Below, piece by piece: positions 1 through 10,378 of a stretch of 64,000 bases of DNA. How positions within the stretch are numbered: position 1 is the first letter of the stretch; every line of letters begins with the position of its first letter. The translations under genes and the position numbers were made by a program. A model generated the notes under the pieces. It made no database searches and was not told where the DNA came from. It worked only from the letters and a program-made list of their open reading frames with translations. This stretch comes from an uncultured Chloroflexia bacterium (GTDB lineage Bacteria; Chloroflexota; Chloroflexia; QHBQ01; JADMIH01). The DNA lies in the NCBI GenBank assembly GCA_963797095.1, contig CAWCNY010000001.1, forward strand, positions 527,924 through 591,923. The letters run 5' to 3'.

Positions 1-1834
1 CGGCACTGATGCGCGCGTTGACAGCGGCAATACGCTCCTCCAACTGACATTCGAGGTCAGCAAGATGCTCCTGGATGGGTTGTAACAGAGAGGACAAGCC
101 CGTTTCGGTGAGTAAGGTGGCCTTGTTTTGTTGCCATTCCTGTTCATCAATGAGATCATCCTCAAAACTGCGGAACCGCACGCTGGTGGGGCAATAGAGA
201 TCGCCGGCCTCCAACCCATTGCGTAGTAGCCGATAGACAAGAAACTCGTAGCGGTCAGGGTTGAGTTGTTTGTGGCCAGTAGCGCCGGTGCCGTTACGGT
301 CGCGATCACGCTGATCGCGGGTATGACGGTGATAGAGGCAGCGTTTGTCTCGAACCGGCATGAAGTGGGTAGGGAAGTCCACTGCATCTATCTGCCGGAG
401 GGAGCGGTCTTTTTGAAAGGCCATCTTGAGAAACTCTCCTGCCTCCAGAATGGGGGCATTAGCACGGGTGGCCTCAAGATCGACCGCTCGTAGGATGGGA
501 CGTAAATGCTGCTTGAAGCGCCGAGCCATCAGGTCAAGATGCGCCCATTGAAGGTCGGTTTCGTCAAAGCTCGCCTCCCCTGCAATGTAGTCCGCAACCG
601 CAGCCAAGCGCATACGGTCAAGCATGGTAAAGGCTGTGGCTTGGACATCCCTGAATGAGGTTTCCGGCGCGTAATCGGTCGTGAAGAGCTTGAGAACCTG
701 GCCGGCCCTGGGCAAGTCCCGGTTGTTTAGCACCCTTTGCTGATAGACCGCTTCCTTGGCGGCAGTTTTGGCTTCATCATTGTACTGCTTCACCAGATGA
801 ATGAAGCAGGTGAGCAGATTGTCCGAGAAGCACTGATATCGATGGACGATAAAACAGAGCAGATACAAGTACACCATCCATGGGTCCAGTTGCTTGAGCC
901 GGAAGACGGAATAGTACGAGACCAAGGAAGAGTAGTAGGTAATGGCTTCGTTGGAGATGCCCAACTGCGGCACGATCTGCATGGCCAGATGGTATAGCGG
1001 AGCGAGTTGCTCGCCGCAGGTTATTTCACGGCGCATTTCTCCCAGGCTGAAGTCTCTGGGCTGATGTTTCAGCAGCGTGATGGCATAGAGCCCCTCGGTT
1101 TCGGCGAGAGCGACGAGTTGGTCGAGCGCTACACACACAGTGGGAGACAACTTTGTCTGAAGCATGGTCATCAAGCGCTTGGCTTCCGCAGTTAGCGCCT
1201 TGCCGACGATCTCCTCCTGGAGTACGGTATAGCCGGGGCTGACAATGCGCTGTTCGGTCAGATAGTGAAGTATCTCGCGAAAGACATAGACAGGTTTGCT
1301 GCTGATGCGAGCGGCCTGTTGGGCACGAAGGAACAAGCGCTTGCGGTCCGTAGGCGTGCAGAGCCGATACTGGAACAGTTCCAGGATACGCTGCCGCTGT
1401 TTGAGGATGGTGCGTTTATTGAGAGGGCGCAGTTTTGGCTGTGGTTCATGTTGGCCATCAGTGCCACTCGACCCACCTGGCCTATCTGGCCCAAGTGGGT
1501 CGAGTGGCACCCCAGGGAAATAGCGTTGGAGGAGGTGCGTCACATCGTTAGCAACGTCATGAAAGGTAAAGGTGAAGAAAAGCTGTTTGGCTTTGAAGTA
1601 GCCCAGTTGGAGGATGAAGTATAGCTGGACGTGAATGGGTGAAAAGGAAGCGAGTAGGTCCTTCTCGGACTGGGTGAGCATGAAAGCTTGGATTCTATCG
1701 TCTTCAGTGAAGAGCGGTCTAGCGTAGAGGGCCTCGATTTCCTGGTCATCGAGGATGTATAGCCGCTTTGGTGTCTTGCTGGGCTCGCTGGCCTTGGCCT
1801 CACCCACTTCCAGGTTTGTCACAAGATTGGTCAC
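1..1834 (-). CDS. tnpA: Tn3-family transposase, N-terminal part (runs off the left window edge; absent from the ORF track because no stop is reached)
   Basis: Manual translation: GTG at 1834 after AAGGAG; KRLYILDDQEIEALYARPLF..FILQLGYFKAK..LNPDRYEFLVYRLLRNGLEAGDLYC..RFRSFEDDLI, typical of Tn3 TnpA. Divergent resolvase at 3537. Confidence 0.9.
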   Translation of the reverse strand, partial: MTNLVTNLEVGEAKASEPSKTPKRLYILDDQEIEALYARPLFTEDDRIQAFMLTQSEKDLLASFSPIHVQLYFILQLGYFKAKQLFFTFTFHDVANDVTHLLQRYFPGVPLDPLGPDRPGGSSGTDGQHEPQPKLRPLNKRTILKQRQRILELFQYRLCTPTDRKRLFLRAQQAARISSKPVYVFREILHYLTEQRIVSPGYTVLQEEIVGKALTAEAKRLMTMLQTKLSPTVCVALDQLVALAETEGLYAITLLKHQPRDFSLGEMRREITCGEQLAPLYHLAMQIVPQLGISNEAITYYSSLVSYYSVFRLKQLDPWMVYLYLLCFIVHRYQCFSDNLLTCFIHLVKQYNDEAKTAAKEAVYQQRVLNNRDLPRAGQVLKLFTTDYAPETSFRDVQATAFTMLDRMRLAAVADYIAGEASFDETDLQWAHLDLMARRFKQHLRPILRAVDLEATRANAPILEAGEFLKMAFQKDRSLRQIDAVDFPTHFMPVRDKRCLYHRHTRDQRDRDRNGTGATGHKQLNPDRYEFLVYRLLRNGLEAGDLYCPTSVRFRSFEDDLIDEQEWQQNKATLLTETGLSSLLQPIQEHLADLECQLEERIAAVNARISA

Positions 1835-1915
1835 ACTGCTCCTTCGTTATGAGAGGACAATCGTGTCAGCGCCCAAAGTCTCAAAAAGTATACAATTAAA
1901 TCCCGTCCAGATCCC

Positions 1916-3382
1916 GTAAGTGTTCAGACTAATGGTGTAGAGGGTTGAACCAAGAGGAGCATACATTCTGAGAAGGGATTGAGACCCTTAGCACGCCAGG
2001 TGCCAAACAAGGAGGCCAACGTCATGCGAGTGCGTGAGCCGCGCTCGGATTGAGAGCCGCCTGATACCTTACGCATCACCACCACAGGACGTACCGAGCG
2101 CTCGGCCAGGTTGTTGTCAGCCGACAAGCCCTCTTGTAGCACGAACTGAAACAGGCTGTCCTGGTGCAGCATCAATCGTTTGGACAATGTGTGGCATGGG
2201 TGAGCACCATGTTCTTTGGCATTTGAGTACCGCCCTGCCAGTTGTGCCACACCTTCAACCAGTTCTATGTAGAGCACTTCTCGTTGTTGCTGGGTGGGAG
2301 GCCATCGTCCCCAACGACCCTTACCTTTCAAGGCGTTTTGAGCCTGGTCGTACAGCTTGCGTAACTGAGCAGCCCAACCCAGCACTGCCTCGTTATCCGG
2401 ACCCTCTTTGTGCTCTTCTTTCAGCTTATGTAAGTCTCTCAGCAGATGCACCCAGCAGCGTTGGTGCTCACATGGCAAGTCGTTGTACGCTACATAGAAG
2501 TCGGTCACAAGGGTGCCTTTGAACTCTGAGCCGAGTATCCGTTTGACTACAGCCCCTGCTCGTGAGTGGTCATACTCGTAGTATCGCTCACCATCGGGTG
2601 TACAAAAGCACCAGATGTAGCCGTTGTGTCCCCCTTCTCGCCACCCTGTTTCATCGCCATGCACGATAGCACTCTTTCTCACCCGTTCCTTGATTGACTG
2701 GGTAGCCGCTTGCACCTTTTCAGCCCCTGCCACTCGATGCAGCAACTCCACTATCTCTCCAGTGGAGATGGTCAGATTGTGCAGGCTCAACAGGTACTCC
2801 CTGATGAGGCGGACCGGCATTCTCAATGTGGTACGTAGGTAAGCTATGAGGGAGGCAATGCGTACTCCCATTCTGCTTTGTCCGATTACCTGTGTGCTCA
2901 GGTCAACGTGCGCCTGATGCCACTTCTCACAACGAGGGCACCAACTCTTGTACAACTGGTGCTCGGTAACTTCTACAGGAAGGGGAGGAGGCAGTTCTAT
3001 CACCTGACGGCGCTGGGCGATTTGGGGGTGTTGCAGAGGGTAGGCGCAGGTGGGACACTGCTGCACTGTATGCTGTATCGTTTGGGTGGGGTTTTGCTCC
3101 CGACGACGAGCACCGTTTTGGTCTTTGGCTCGTTTGCGGCGGGGCTGCTTTTGGGCTTTGTCTTTGGGTTTGGCACTGTTGGGCTTGACGAAGGAAGGTG
3201 GTTTGCTCTTGTTCTCTCTGTACTTGTCCAGTTCTGCACGTAGTTGAGCAATCACAGCCAATGCTTGCTCAAGCTGTTCACGTAGCTGCCTATTCTCTTC
3301 CCTCAGCTGGGCAACTTCTTCTTCAACAGTCATGCCCATAGCATATAGTGGAAATTGCTCCACCTCAAGTCTGAACACTTAC
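1916..3382 (-). mobile_element. IS66-family insertion sequence (single-ORF type), 1467 bp
   Basis: Perfect 15-bp IRs GTAAGTGTTCAGACT (1916-1930) / AGTCTGAACACTTAC (3368-3382); 8-bp target duplication CAGATCCC at 1908-1915 and 3383-3390. Confidence 0.95.
1924..3333 (-). CDS. IS66 DDE transposase
   Basis: N-terminal coiled coil, CPTC..CPRC zinc finger, HGDETGW, LVTDFY, QRCWVHLLR, NNLAERSVRP. Probable start ATG 3333 (the ORF-track start at 3378 lies in the IR). Confidence 0.92.
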   Translation of the reverse strand: MTVEEEVAQLREENRQLREQLEQALAVIAQLRAELDKYRENKSKPPSFVKPNSAKPKDKAQKQPRRKRAKDQNGARRREQNPTQTIQHTVQQCPTCAYPLQHPQIAQRRQVIELPPPLPVEVTEHQLYKSWCPRCEKWHQAHVDLSTQVIGQSRMGVRIASLIAYLRTTLRMPVRLIREYLLSLHNLTISTGEIVELLHRVAGAEKVQAATQSIKERVRKSAIVHGDETGWREGGHNGYIWCFCTPDGERYYEYDHSRAGAVVKRILGSEFKGTLVTDFYVAYNDLPCEHQRCWVHLLRDLHKLKEEHKEGPDNEAVLGWAAQLRKLYDQAQNALKGKGRWGRWPPTQQQREVLYIELVEGVAQLAGRYSNAKEHGAHPCHTLSKRLMLHQDSLFQFVLQEGLSADNNLAERSVRPVVVMRKVSGGSQSERGSRTRMTLASLFGTWRAKGLNPFSECMLLLVQPSTPLV

Positions 3383-3390
3383 CAGATCCC

Positions 3391-3536
3391 AGCGTCTTGA
3401 CGCGTCTCATAACATGTCTCATAATCCGATTATCATAGCTTCTTAAGGTTTCTGAGACGACCCCCCTCAGACAATAGGATAGACAACAGGAGAATCGAAA
3501 CAACAAAATAGACAGTAGCCCAGAGAACGGGAGCAT
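3391..3536. promoter_or_regulatory. Probable res (resolution) site / divergent promoter region of the left Tn3 element
   Basis: Lies between divergent tnpA and tnpR; repeated GTCTCATAA / TGAGAC / AGACA half-site-like motifs. Confidence 0.5.
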
Positions 3537-4100
3537 GTGATGGCGCTGATTGGCTATGCGCGGGTTAGCTCGGCGGGGCAGAGTCTCGAGGTCCAACAAG
3601 ATACGCTGAAGCACTGCGACAAGCTCTTTGAAGAGAAGCGCAGTGGTAGTGGCACATCTGATAAACGTCCGCGCCTGGTAGCCTGCCTGGAATACGTCCG
3701 CGAAGGTGATACACTCGTCGTTACCCGACTGGACCGCCTGGCGCGTTCAACGCTGCACCTGTGCCAGATCGCTGAGCAACTTGCGCGTAAGGGGGTTCAG
3801 TTGCAGGTGCTGGATCAGCAAATCAACACCAACGACGCCACCGGACGGCTACTATTTAATATGTTGGGGGCAATTGGCCAATTCGAGACGGAGATCCGTG
3901 CTGAACGTCAAATGGATGGCATTGCGAAGGCCAAAGCGAAGGGCGTGCCGTTTGGTAGGCACAAGAGCCTGACGGACCAGCAGATTGCTGATATACGGAC
4001 CAAACGACAGCAGGGAACGACCATACGAACCTTGATGAAAGAATATGGCGTCTCAAAAGCGACGGTCTACCGCTACCTTCAGGATCCCGCGATCCCGTGA
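3537..4100 (+). CDS. tnpR: Serine resolvase (Tn3 TnpR)
   Basis: IGYARVSS catalytic Ser, GDTLVVTRLDRLARS, C-terminal HTH (GVSKATVYRYL). Confidence 0.93.
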   Translation: MMALIGYARVSSAGQSLEVQQDTLKHCDKLFEEKRSGSGTSDKRPRLVACLEYVREGDTLVVTRLDRLARSTLHLCQIAEQLARKGVQLQVLDQQINTNDATGRLLFNMLGAIGQFETEIRAERQMDGIAKAKAKGVPFGRHKSLTDQQIADIRTKRQQGTTIRTLMKEYGVSKATVYRYLQDPAIP

Positions 4101-4103
4101 ACC

Positions 4104-4142
4104 CTAAAATGCACCGTTTTGGGGGGATATGCAAAAACCTCC
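4104..4142 (-). repeat. Probable terminal inverted repeat of the left Tn3 element
   Basis: Reverse complement GGAGGTTTTTGCATATCCCCCCAAAACGGTGCATTTTAG (39 nt, Tn3-like layout) directly after tnpR; the partner IR would be outside the window. Confidence 0.5.
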
Positions 4143-4208
4143 ATATAGCACACGAGCGGATGGGAGTTTCTCGGCTCACGATAAATAAGAGATAGAAGGG
4201 GGGATTGG

Positions 4209-5498
4209 ATGTCTACTTTGCGGGTAGTACACACGGCCGACCTGCATTTCGGGGTGGAGAACTACGGCCATATGGATCCTGATACAGGCCTGTCGACGCG
4301 TCTAAGCGACTTCATTCGCACGTTCAACGAGACGATCGACTGGGCTATCGACAAAAAGGTCCATCTCTTCGTGATCGCGGGAGACCTTTTCAAGAATCGC
4401 GAGCCGAACCCTACCGTGCAGCGGGAACTGTCGCGCTGCATTCGTAGACTCTCCAGAGTTGGGATACCTACCTTCATTATCACCGGAAACCATGACGTGC
4501 CGCATGCCTGGCAGCGAGCCAATCCCATGGAGATTTACTCAATGCTCGAGGTACCGTATGTGACGATTGCGTGGAAGCCGGGATTACACACCATCGAGAC
4601 TAAAGCTGGGCCTGTGCAGGTTGTTGCTCTGCCCTGGGTGGCGAGGTCACAACTCACGCTCGACGGAGCAGCGAGAAACCTGACGCCGGACGAACTGTCG
4701 CACCTAGCCGTGCTACTGATCGAGGATTTCGTCACCAAGATGTCGGCGCAGATCAACAGGTCGCTGCCGGCGATCATGGTGGCGCACTGCGCCGTGTCTG
4801 AAGCTACCACGTCCACCGAGAGATCAATGATGCTCGGCAATGAGCCGTCAATACCCCGCTCCGTGCTGCTCAACGAGGCATTCGATTATGTTGCACTGGG
4901 GCACGTGCACAAGTACCAGGTTTTAGGGCATGGCAGGCCGATGATGGCCTATCCGGGATCTCTGGAGCGTATCGACTTTGGTGAAGAGAAAGACAAGAAG
5001 GGATTCATCTCGGTCGAGATCGATAAGGTGGGTCAGGGGAGCGGCGACGAGCGGAAGGTGGAACTGGAGTTCCACGAGGTACAGGCAAGGCGCTTCGTGA
5101 CACTGGCGATAACAGTCGATAAAGAGGAGCCGACCGAGCAGATCCTGCGCTACCTGGAATCTCATGGAGCCGACCTGAAGGACGCGGTAGTGCGGCTGAT
5201 CATAACCGTTCCCAGTGAGGCTGCTTACTCGCTCCGCCGCAACGATGTATACCGGGCGATGCGAGAGCTCGGAGCCTCGTACCAGGTTGTGAATTTCGAT
5301 GTGGAGCGGACGTCTCGAACTCGGCTTGGCAATGTTGCCATGTCAAACATGAGCCGGGAGGATCTGCTGAGGTGGTATCTGGACACCAAGGGCGCGTCGA
5401 AGCAATATGCCGAAGAGGTAGTTACCGAGTACAACGTGCTGTCAGGAGTGCTCGATGAAGAAAGAAGCTGGGCGGCGCTGACGCCGGCACATCAATAG
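4209..5498 (+). CDS. sbcD: SbcD/Mre11 metallophosphoesterase nuclease
   Basis: HTADLH, AGDLF, GNHD, VAH, LGHVH and YPGSLERIDFGE motifs; directly upstream of sbcC. Confidence 0.93.
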   Translation: MSTLRVVHTADLHFGVENYGHMDPDTGLSTRLSDFIRTFNETIDWAIDKKVHLFVIAGDLFKNREPNPTVQRELSRCIRRLSRVGIPTFIITGNHDVPHAWQRANPMEIYSMLEVPYVTIAWKPGLHTIETKAGPVQVVALPWVARSQLTLDGAARNLTPDELSHLAVLLIEDFVTKMSAQINRSLPAIMVAHCAVSEATTSTERSMMLGNEPSIPRSVLLNEAFDYVALGHVHKYQVLGHGRPMMAYPGSLERIDFGEEKDKKGFISVEIDKVGQGSGDERKVELEFHEVQARRFVTLAITVDKEEPTEQILRYLESHGADLKDAVVRLIITVPSEAAYSLRRNDVYRAMRELGASYQVVNFDVERTSRTRLGNVAMSNMSREDLLRWYLDTKGASKQYAEEVVTEYNVLSGVLDEERSWAALTPAHQ

Positions 5499-5653
5499 TA
5501 GACATTAGTAGACATTGGGGAATCGGGGCACGAGGTACTAAGCACGAGCAGTCGGAAGCGAGTTGTGTAGACAGCCGGGATGTGTGCGTTCCAGACGTGA
5601 CGCAGCCCCATATAGTTGCGTAGGCAAGGGAAAAAGGAGAAAGGGAGAGAGCC

Positions 5654-8266
5654 ATGATACCAATTAGCCTCCAGATGAGAAACTTCATGTGCTACCGCGA
5701 GGTGGCACCGATCGATTTCAGAAACGTGCACCTGGCGTGCCTGAGCGGGGAGAACGGAGCCGGCAAGTCGGCCGTCATTGACGCGATGACCTGGGCACTC
5801 TGGGGAGAGGCCAGGGGCAATGCATCGGACGAAGATCTGATGTGTAAGGGCACTCTCGAGATGGAAGTTGAGTTCCAGTTCGTTCTGAACGAGCAGTACT
5901 TCCTGGTTATGCGCAAACGCCAGAAGAAAGGCAAGTCAGCAGTACCAATGCTTGATCTGCACACAAGCCCTACTGGCGAGGAAGGAACCTGGCACAGCCT
6001 TACCGAGGCCAACATAACGCTTACCCAGAAGCGGATCGACGAGTTCCTGAAGATCAACTACGCCACGTTCGTCAACTCAGCGTTCATCATGCAGGGGAAG
6101 GCTAACTCGTTCTCGGTGGCAGACCCGAGGATGCGTAAGAAGCTCCTTTCCGAGATCCTGGGGCTCGACAGTTACGAGGAGTACGAGAAGCGAGCCAAGC
6201 AGACCCTGAACGATCTGAAGAGCGAGGGGAGACAACTGGAGGAGGAAGTCGTCCGTATCAACGAATTCCTCAGGGGAAGACCTGAGTATGAAACCGATTT
6301 GAGGGTTGTACTGGCTGCCTTGCAAATAGAGGCGCAACAGCTTGGGGTGCTCAGGCCGGAACTGTCAGGGATGGAGAAGGATCAGGCCAAGCTTCAGGAG
6401 AGCGGGCAGAGGGTAACCGAGCTCACGCAGCTGATTCAGAAGTCCATCGCGGAACGCGAATTGTGGCGACTGCAGATCAGCGATGGCGAGAAGCGAGTAG
6501 CCGAGTTGGGAACTCTGCTTGGGAGCCGCGAGGATATCGAGCAGCAATACATGGAGTTGCAGAAGGCAAAGGAGACGGAGCAGACGCTAACCGAGGCGCT
6601 GGGCCGCGTGCGCACGTTGGAGAATCGCCAGGCACTTATAGCTGGGATGATCGATAAGGAGAAGACGCGGCTTGAGGGCGAGGCGAATACCCAGAGGCAG
6701 TTAGCCGAGAGCGAGAAAGCAGAACTCGAGAAGCGGTCGGGCTGGGAAACCGAGCTCGCTGTCATACTTCAGGAGATTACAGCCCTGGGCACAGTCGAGG
6801 ACGAGCTAAAGCAAGAGCAGCAGCGGCAAAGCGAGTTGGAAACCGAGTCAAAGAGGGCCCGCTCCGACCAGAACTCGAAATTGCAGGAACGCAGCAAGAT
6901 AGAAGACAAGTTGCGACAGTTGAAGGCACTGCACGTGGAGCACACAGGTGAAGCAGAGTGCCCATTATGCGGGTCGGAACTAACCGAGGAGGCGCTGCTC
7001 ATCGTCGAGCAGAACTGGCAAAGCGAAATCGAGGGTCTGGTCTCGCAGTATGACAAGCTAGTTCAGGAAGCGGCGGCGAGGGATGTGAAGCTTGCGGAGT
7101 GCAGGAAAGCGTCCGAAATACTGGTGGGCAAGGTACAGGAGCTAAGGAGGCTGACCCGCAGCGAAGCAGAGCTGCGCCAGAAACTGGAGGGGCTAGTCGA
7201 CAGGCAGCGGCGGTATGACGAGGCGGTGGCCAATAGAGAAAAGATTGAGACAACGCTCGCCTCAGGGGAGTACGCGGTAGAGAGCCGAGCGGAGTTGGCG
7301 AAGATCGTCGAAGGCATCTCCACACTCGGGTACAGCGATGAGCAACACAAGGAAGTTGCAGAGCGACGGCGCAAATTAGAAGCGGGCGGGTATGAGGAAC
7401 TGTACCATAAGTTGCAGAGTGCGACCGAAGATCTACCACGTCAAGAGCAGACGTTGAACAATGCGCGGGTGCGAGTTGAGAAGATACAGCGCGAACAAGA
7501 GGACGCGGAGAAAGAAACGGAGAGCCTTCGACCAAGAGCCGAAGAGCTAAAGGCGCTGAATGAGAGCATAAGCACGCACAAGGCGAAGATAGAGCTCCTG
7601 GAAAGCGAGGAGCGGTTAGGACTGCAGAGGCAAGGCACGCTGCAGCAACTGCTGAAGGATTGCGACTCCAGAGAGGAGGCGCGTAAGGAGAAAGTAAGCG
7701 AGCACGAAAGGGTATCGCACCGGCAAAAGCTCTACAGCGATCTGGCCACCGCGTTCGGCCGCAACGGGATCCCGGCGATCATAATCGAGAACGTGATACC
7801 CGAATTGGAGGACGAAGCGAACGAATTGCTCGGGAGGATGACCGACGGCCGGATGAGCGTACAGTTAATAACGCAGAAGGAACTGAAGACAAGAGAGGGC
7901 CTGGTCGAAACCCTGGAAGTTATCATCTCTGATGAGTTAGGTACGCGACCATACGGCCTCTACTCGGGCGGCGAGTCGTTCAGGGTGAACTTCGCGTTGA
8001 GAGTAGCGCTCAGCAAGCTTCTAGCCAGGCGAGCGGGGACCCACTTGCAGATGCTGGTTGTGGACGAGGGCTTCGGGTCGCAGGACGCGAGTGGTCGAGA
8101 GCGGATGGTGTCGGCGATTCAGTCTATACAGGACGATTTCGCGACCATCCTGGTTATCACGCACATTGAGGAGTTGAAAGAGGAGTTCTCGACGCGGATC
8201 ATGATCAGCAAGACACCAAACGGCTCGCGTATTAGCATGAGCGGAGCTGGTGTTGCATTTGCATGA
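5654..8266 (+). CDS. sbcC: SbcC/Rad50 SMC-family ATPase
   Basis: Walker A GENGAGKS, Q-loop FIMQG, long coiled coil with CPLC zinc hook, signature YSGGE, Walker B VVDEGFG, ITH. Confidence 0.93.
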   Translation: MIPISLQMRNFMCYREVAPIDFRNVHLACLSGENGAGKSAVIDAMTWALWGEARGNASDEDLMCKGTLEMEVEFQFVLNEQYFLVMRKRQKKGKSAVPMLDLHTSPTGEEGTWHSLTEANITLTQKRIDEFLKINYATFVNSAFIMQGKANSFSVADPRMRKKLLSEILGLDSYEEYEKRAKQTLNDLKSEGRQLEEEVVRINEFLRGRPEYETDLRVVLAALQIEAQQLGVLRPELSGMEKDQAKLQESGQRVTELTQLIQKSIAERELWRLQISDGEKRVAELGTLLGSREDIEQQYMELQKAKETEQTLTEALGRVRTLENRQALIAGMIDKEKTRLEGEANTQRQLAESEKAELEKRSGWETELAVILQEITALGTVEDELKQEQQRQSELETESKRARSDQNSKLQERSKIEDKLRQLKALHVEHTGEAECPLCGSELTEEALLIVEQNWQSEIEGLVSQYDKLVQEAAARDVKLAECRKASEILVGKVQELRRLTRSEAELRQKLEGLVDRQRRYDEAVANREKIETTLASGEYAVESRAELAKIVEGISTLGYSDEQHKEVAERRRKLEAGGYEELYHKLQSATEDLPRQEQTLNNARVRVEKIQREQEDAEKETESLRPRAEELKALNESISTHKAKIELLESEERLGLQRQGTLQQLLKDCDSREEARKEKVSEHERVSHRQKLYSDLATAFGRNGIPAIIIENVIPELEDEANELLGRMTDGRMSVQLITQKELKTREGLVETLEVIISDELGTRPYGLYSGGESFRVNFALRVALSKLLARRAGTHLQMLVVDEGFGSQDASGRERMVSAIQSIQDDFATILVITHIEELKEEFSTRIMISKTPNGSRISMSGAGVAFA

Positions 8267-8488
8267 ATATGTCTGTAGGGGCCACAGGTGCAAATGGACC
8301 TCTGATCTGTCCTCCCATATTCTATCCAGGCTCGCGAGTGCCCTGCCGGCCAATGAGTGACCTGAATAGATGGCACTTTCGTTTCCCTCGGTTCCCTTTA
8401 CGTTGACCTTGTGCGCATCGCATATAGAGTATGGCATATAGTGTAGGACCGCAATGACCGCCGGTATCATGGCTGAAGGAGTTAAAAG

Positions 8489-10378
8489 ATGATAGCCCAA
8501 TCAGGTTCTAGTATTCCCGTCTCTTCGAAAGACTACACGAGGCATAGCGATTCGGTCAGAGGAAATTGCTTTCTCATAAAAGTAAATCACCACATACAGC
8601 AGTTCAACGGCACGATCTGCAGGAACGCTGCGAACGTTCAGTGCGGCGCGTCGGATACTTTCCGGTCGCAGTACTGCGCCCGGGGCCGAGATGAATGCTA
8701 TGACATGTATGAGTTCGCTCCTCAGAACCCCTATTTTAGGAGGCGCATTAACTTCGATGGCGCCGAGTTGCTGGAGAGCATAAACACCGGCGACTTGCTC
8801 ATCTTTTGGACCTATCAAACTCACAACAGAGGTTTCAGCAAGCAGATAATTACGGGTGTCTACCTGGTTGATGTTATTGATGTGGACGACAACCTTCTAC
8901 CTCCGGTTTACACCTTTTACCCGAAATCAGATCAGTATGCCTATATCGATTTTCCCCTGCCTGGGGAACAGATAATCCGGCGAGCGCTTGGACCTTATGC
9001 GTGGGTGAAGCAGCTTGGCTCGAACGACATCGGCTGGGCATTGAACCTAATCCACGAGGACCTCGATAGCCAGGCTCGTCAGATGCAGGGACGGAAGAGT
9101 TATGATGAGCAGATCGACGTACTCGACGCATTGCTCAAGCAATTCGATACCGACGAGAGTTCGCCGATGTATGCCAAGCTAGCCGAGGCAGGCGTGCTGG
9201 ATATGCCGGTTGCCCCATCACTGGTTGCTGCGCCTACTACCGTTACTACCGTTACTACCGTTACTCCACCGGGAGAGCCAAAGCCTGCGGCCATAGCTAC
9301 CGGCTCAGCAGCCACTTCACCAGCTACTATAAATGCACCAGCACCAGCAACTGTAGACCACAAATCACCAGTCGAGCGGCTTTCAGAGACCGCAGCCAGC
9401 AATCAGCTCCATTACCCCCTCCCGCTACTCACACGCTTCCACATATCAATGGCAACCCACCCCATTGTCGTCCTGAGTGGGCATTCTGGCACCGGCAAAA
9501 CGCAACTCGCCCGCATTTACGCCGAAGCCGAAGGCGCAAGCTTCGGATTGGGTAAGGTACAGCCTGACTGGGTAAGCCCATCCTACTTGTGGGGAGCTTA
9601 CGACTATCTTGCAGGAGCCTTTGCCGCGACGGAGTTTGCTGCTATGGTCCGTAAAGCTGGCGACGAGTGGGAAGATGCCAGGCAGCAGGGGCGGGAGCCG
9701 ACAAAGTTCGTGCTTTGCCTGGACGAGATGAACCTGGCCCGGGTCGAGTACTACCTGGCGGATGTGCTCTCTGCTTTGGAGCAGCCGCTTGGCAGTCGCT
9801 GGATCGACCTATACAGTCCGGCACTCAACGATGCACGAGGGTTTCCATCTCGACTGCAACTCACTCCGAACATAAGATTCGTTGGAACAATCAACGTGGA
9901 TGAGACTACTTACAGTCTCAGCCCGAAAGTCCTAGACCGCGCTCACATGCTCCGCCTCGACCAGGTGGACCTCTCCGCTCTAAGGGCGCTGTTGGGAAGC
10001 GAGGGAAGCATCAGCTCTGAAGTTTTGGACTTCGTCTTCTTGCATCTTGGCGAGATACACCGGCGTATGACTGATGATCCCACGCAGCAGTTTGGTTACA
10101 GAGTCGCCCGTCAGATAGCGGAGTGGGTGGCCGTGGCCACACAGGAGCCGTACAAGATGCCTATAGAAACCGCCCTGGACGCTGAAATCGCTCAGAAGAT
10201 ATTGCCCAGGCTGCAAATCGATCCAGATAGCGACATGCATATGGCGATGTTTGAAAAGCTCTTCGCCTATTTCGAGCAGTTCGAGCGGATTACGCCTGGC
10301 TTCGATGAAACGTTGCGGTGGATGCATGGCAGACGTGAGCGGCTAAATCTTGCGGAGGCAGTCAGTGGACAGCAGTAA
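8489..10378 (+). CDS. McrB-like AAA+ GTPase with Cys-rich N-terminal domain and P/T/A-rich linker
   Basis: GHSGTGKT, LDEMNLARVEYY, GTINVDE, SPKVLDRA; followed by a DUF2357-like gene. Confidence 0.88.
   Translation: MIAQSGSSIPVSSKDYTRHSDSVRGNCFLIKVNHHIQQFNGTICRNAANVQCGASDTFRSQYCARGRDECYDMYEFAPQNPYFRRRINFDGAELLESINTGDLLIFWTYQTHNRGFSKQIITGVYLVDVIDVDDNLLPPVYTFYPKSDQYAYIDFPLPGEQIIRRALGPYAWVKQLGSNDIGWALNLIHEDLDSQARQMQGRKSYDEQIDVLDALLKQFDTDESSPMYAKLAEAGVLDMPVAPSLVAAPTTVTTVTTVTPPGEPKPAAIATGSAATSPATINAPAPATVDHKSPVERLSETAASNQLHYPLPLLTRFHISMATHPIVVLSGHSGTGKTQLARIYAEAEGASFGLGKVQPDWVSPSYLWGAYDYLAGAFAATEFAAMVRKAGDEWEDARQQGREPTKFVLCLDEMNLARVEYYLADVLSALEQPLGSRWIDLYSPALNDARGFPSRLQLTPNIRFVGTINVDETTYSLSPKVLDRAHMLRLDQVDLSALRALLGSEGSISSEVLDFVFLHLGEIHRRMTDDPTQQFGYRVARQIAEWVAVATQEPYKMPIETALDAEIAQKILPRLQIDPDSDMHMAMFEKLFAYFEQFERITPGFDETLRWMHGRRERLNLAEAVSGQQ
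9236..9265 (+). repeat. 9-bp tandem repeat (ACTACCGTT)x3 encoding TTVTTVTTVT linker
   Basis: Read directly from the sequence. Confidence 0.9.

Noticed and set aside
266-1803. Short ORFs in the track over 266-1803
   Set aside because: Shadows of the minus-strand Tn3 transposase, which is open to the window edge.
5496-5516. Short direct repeat TAGTAGACAT x2 after sbcD
   Set aside because: Two copies only; most simply a local micro-duplication.
5654-8266. Lamassu or Wadjet call for the SMC protein
   Set aside because: The zinc hook and an adjacent canonical SbcD indicate SbcC; no LmuA/LmuC or JetABD-like neighbours are recognisable.
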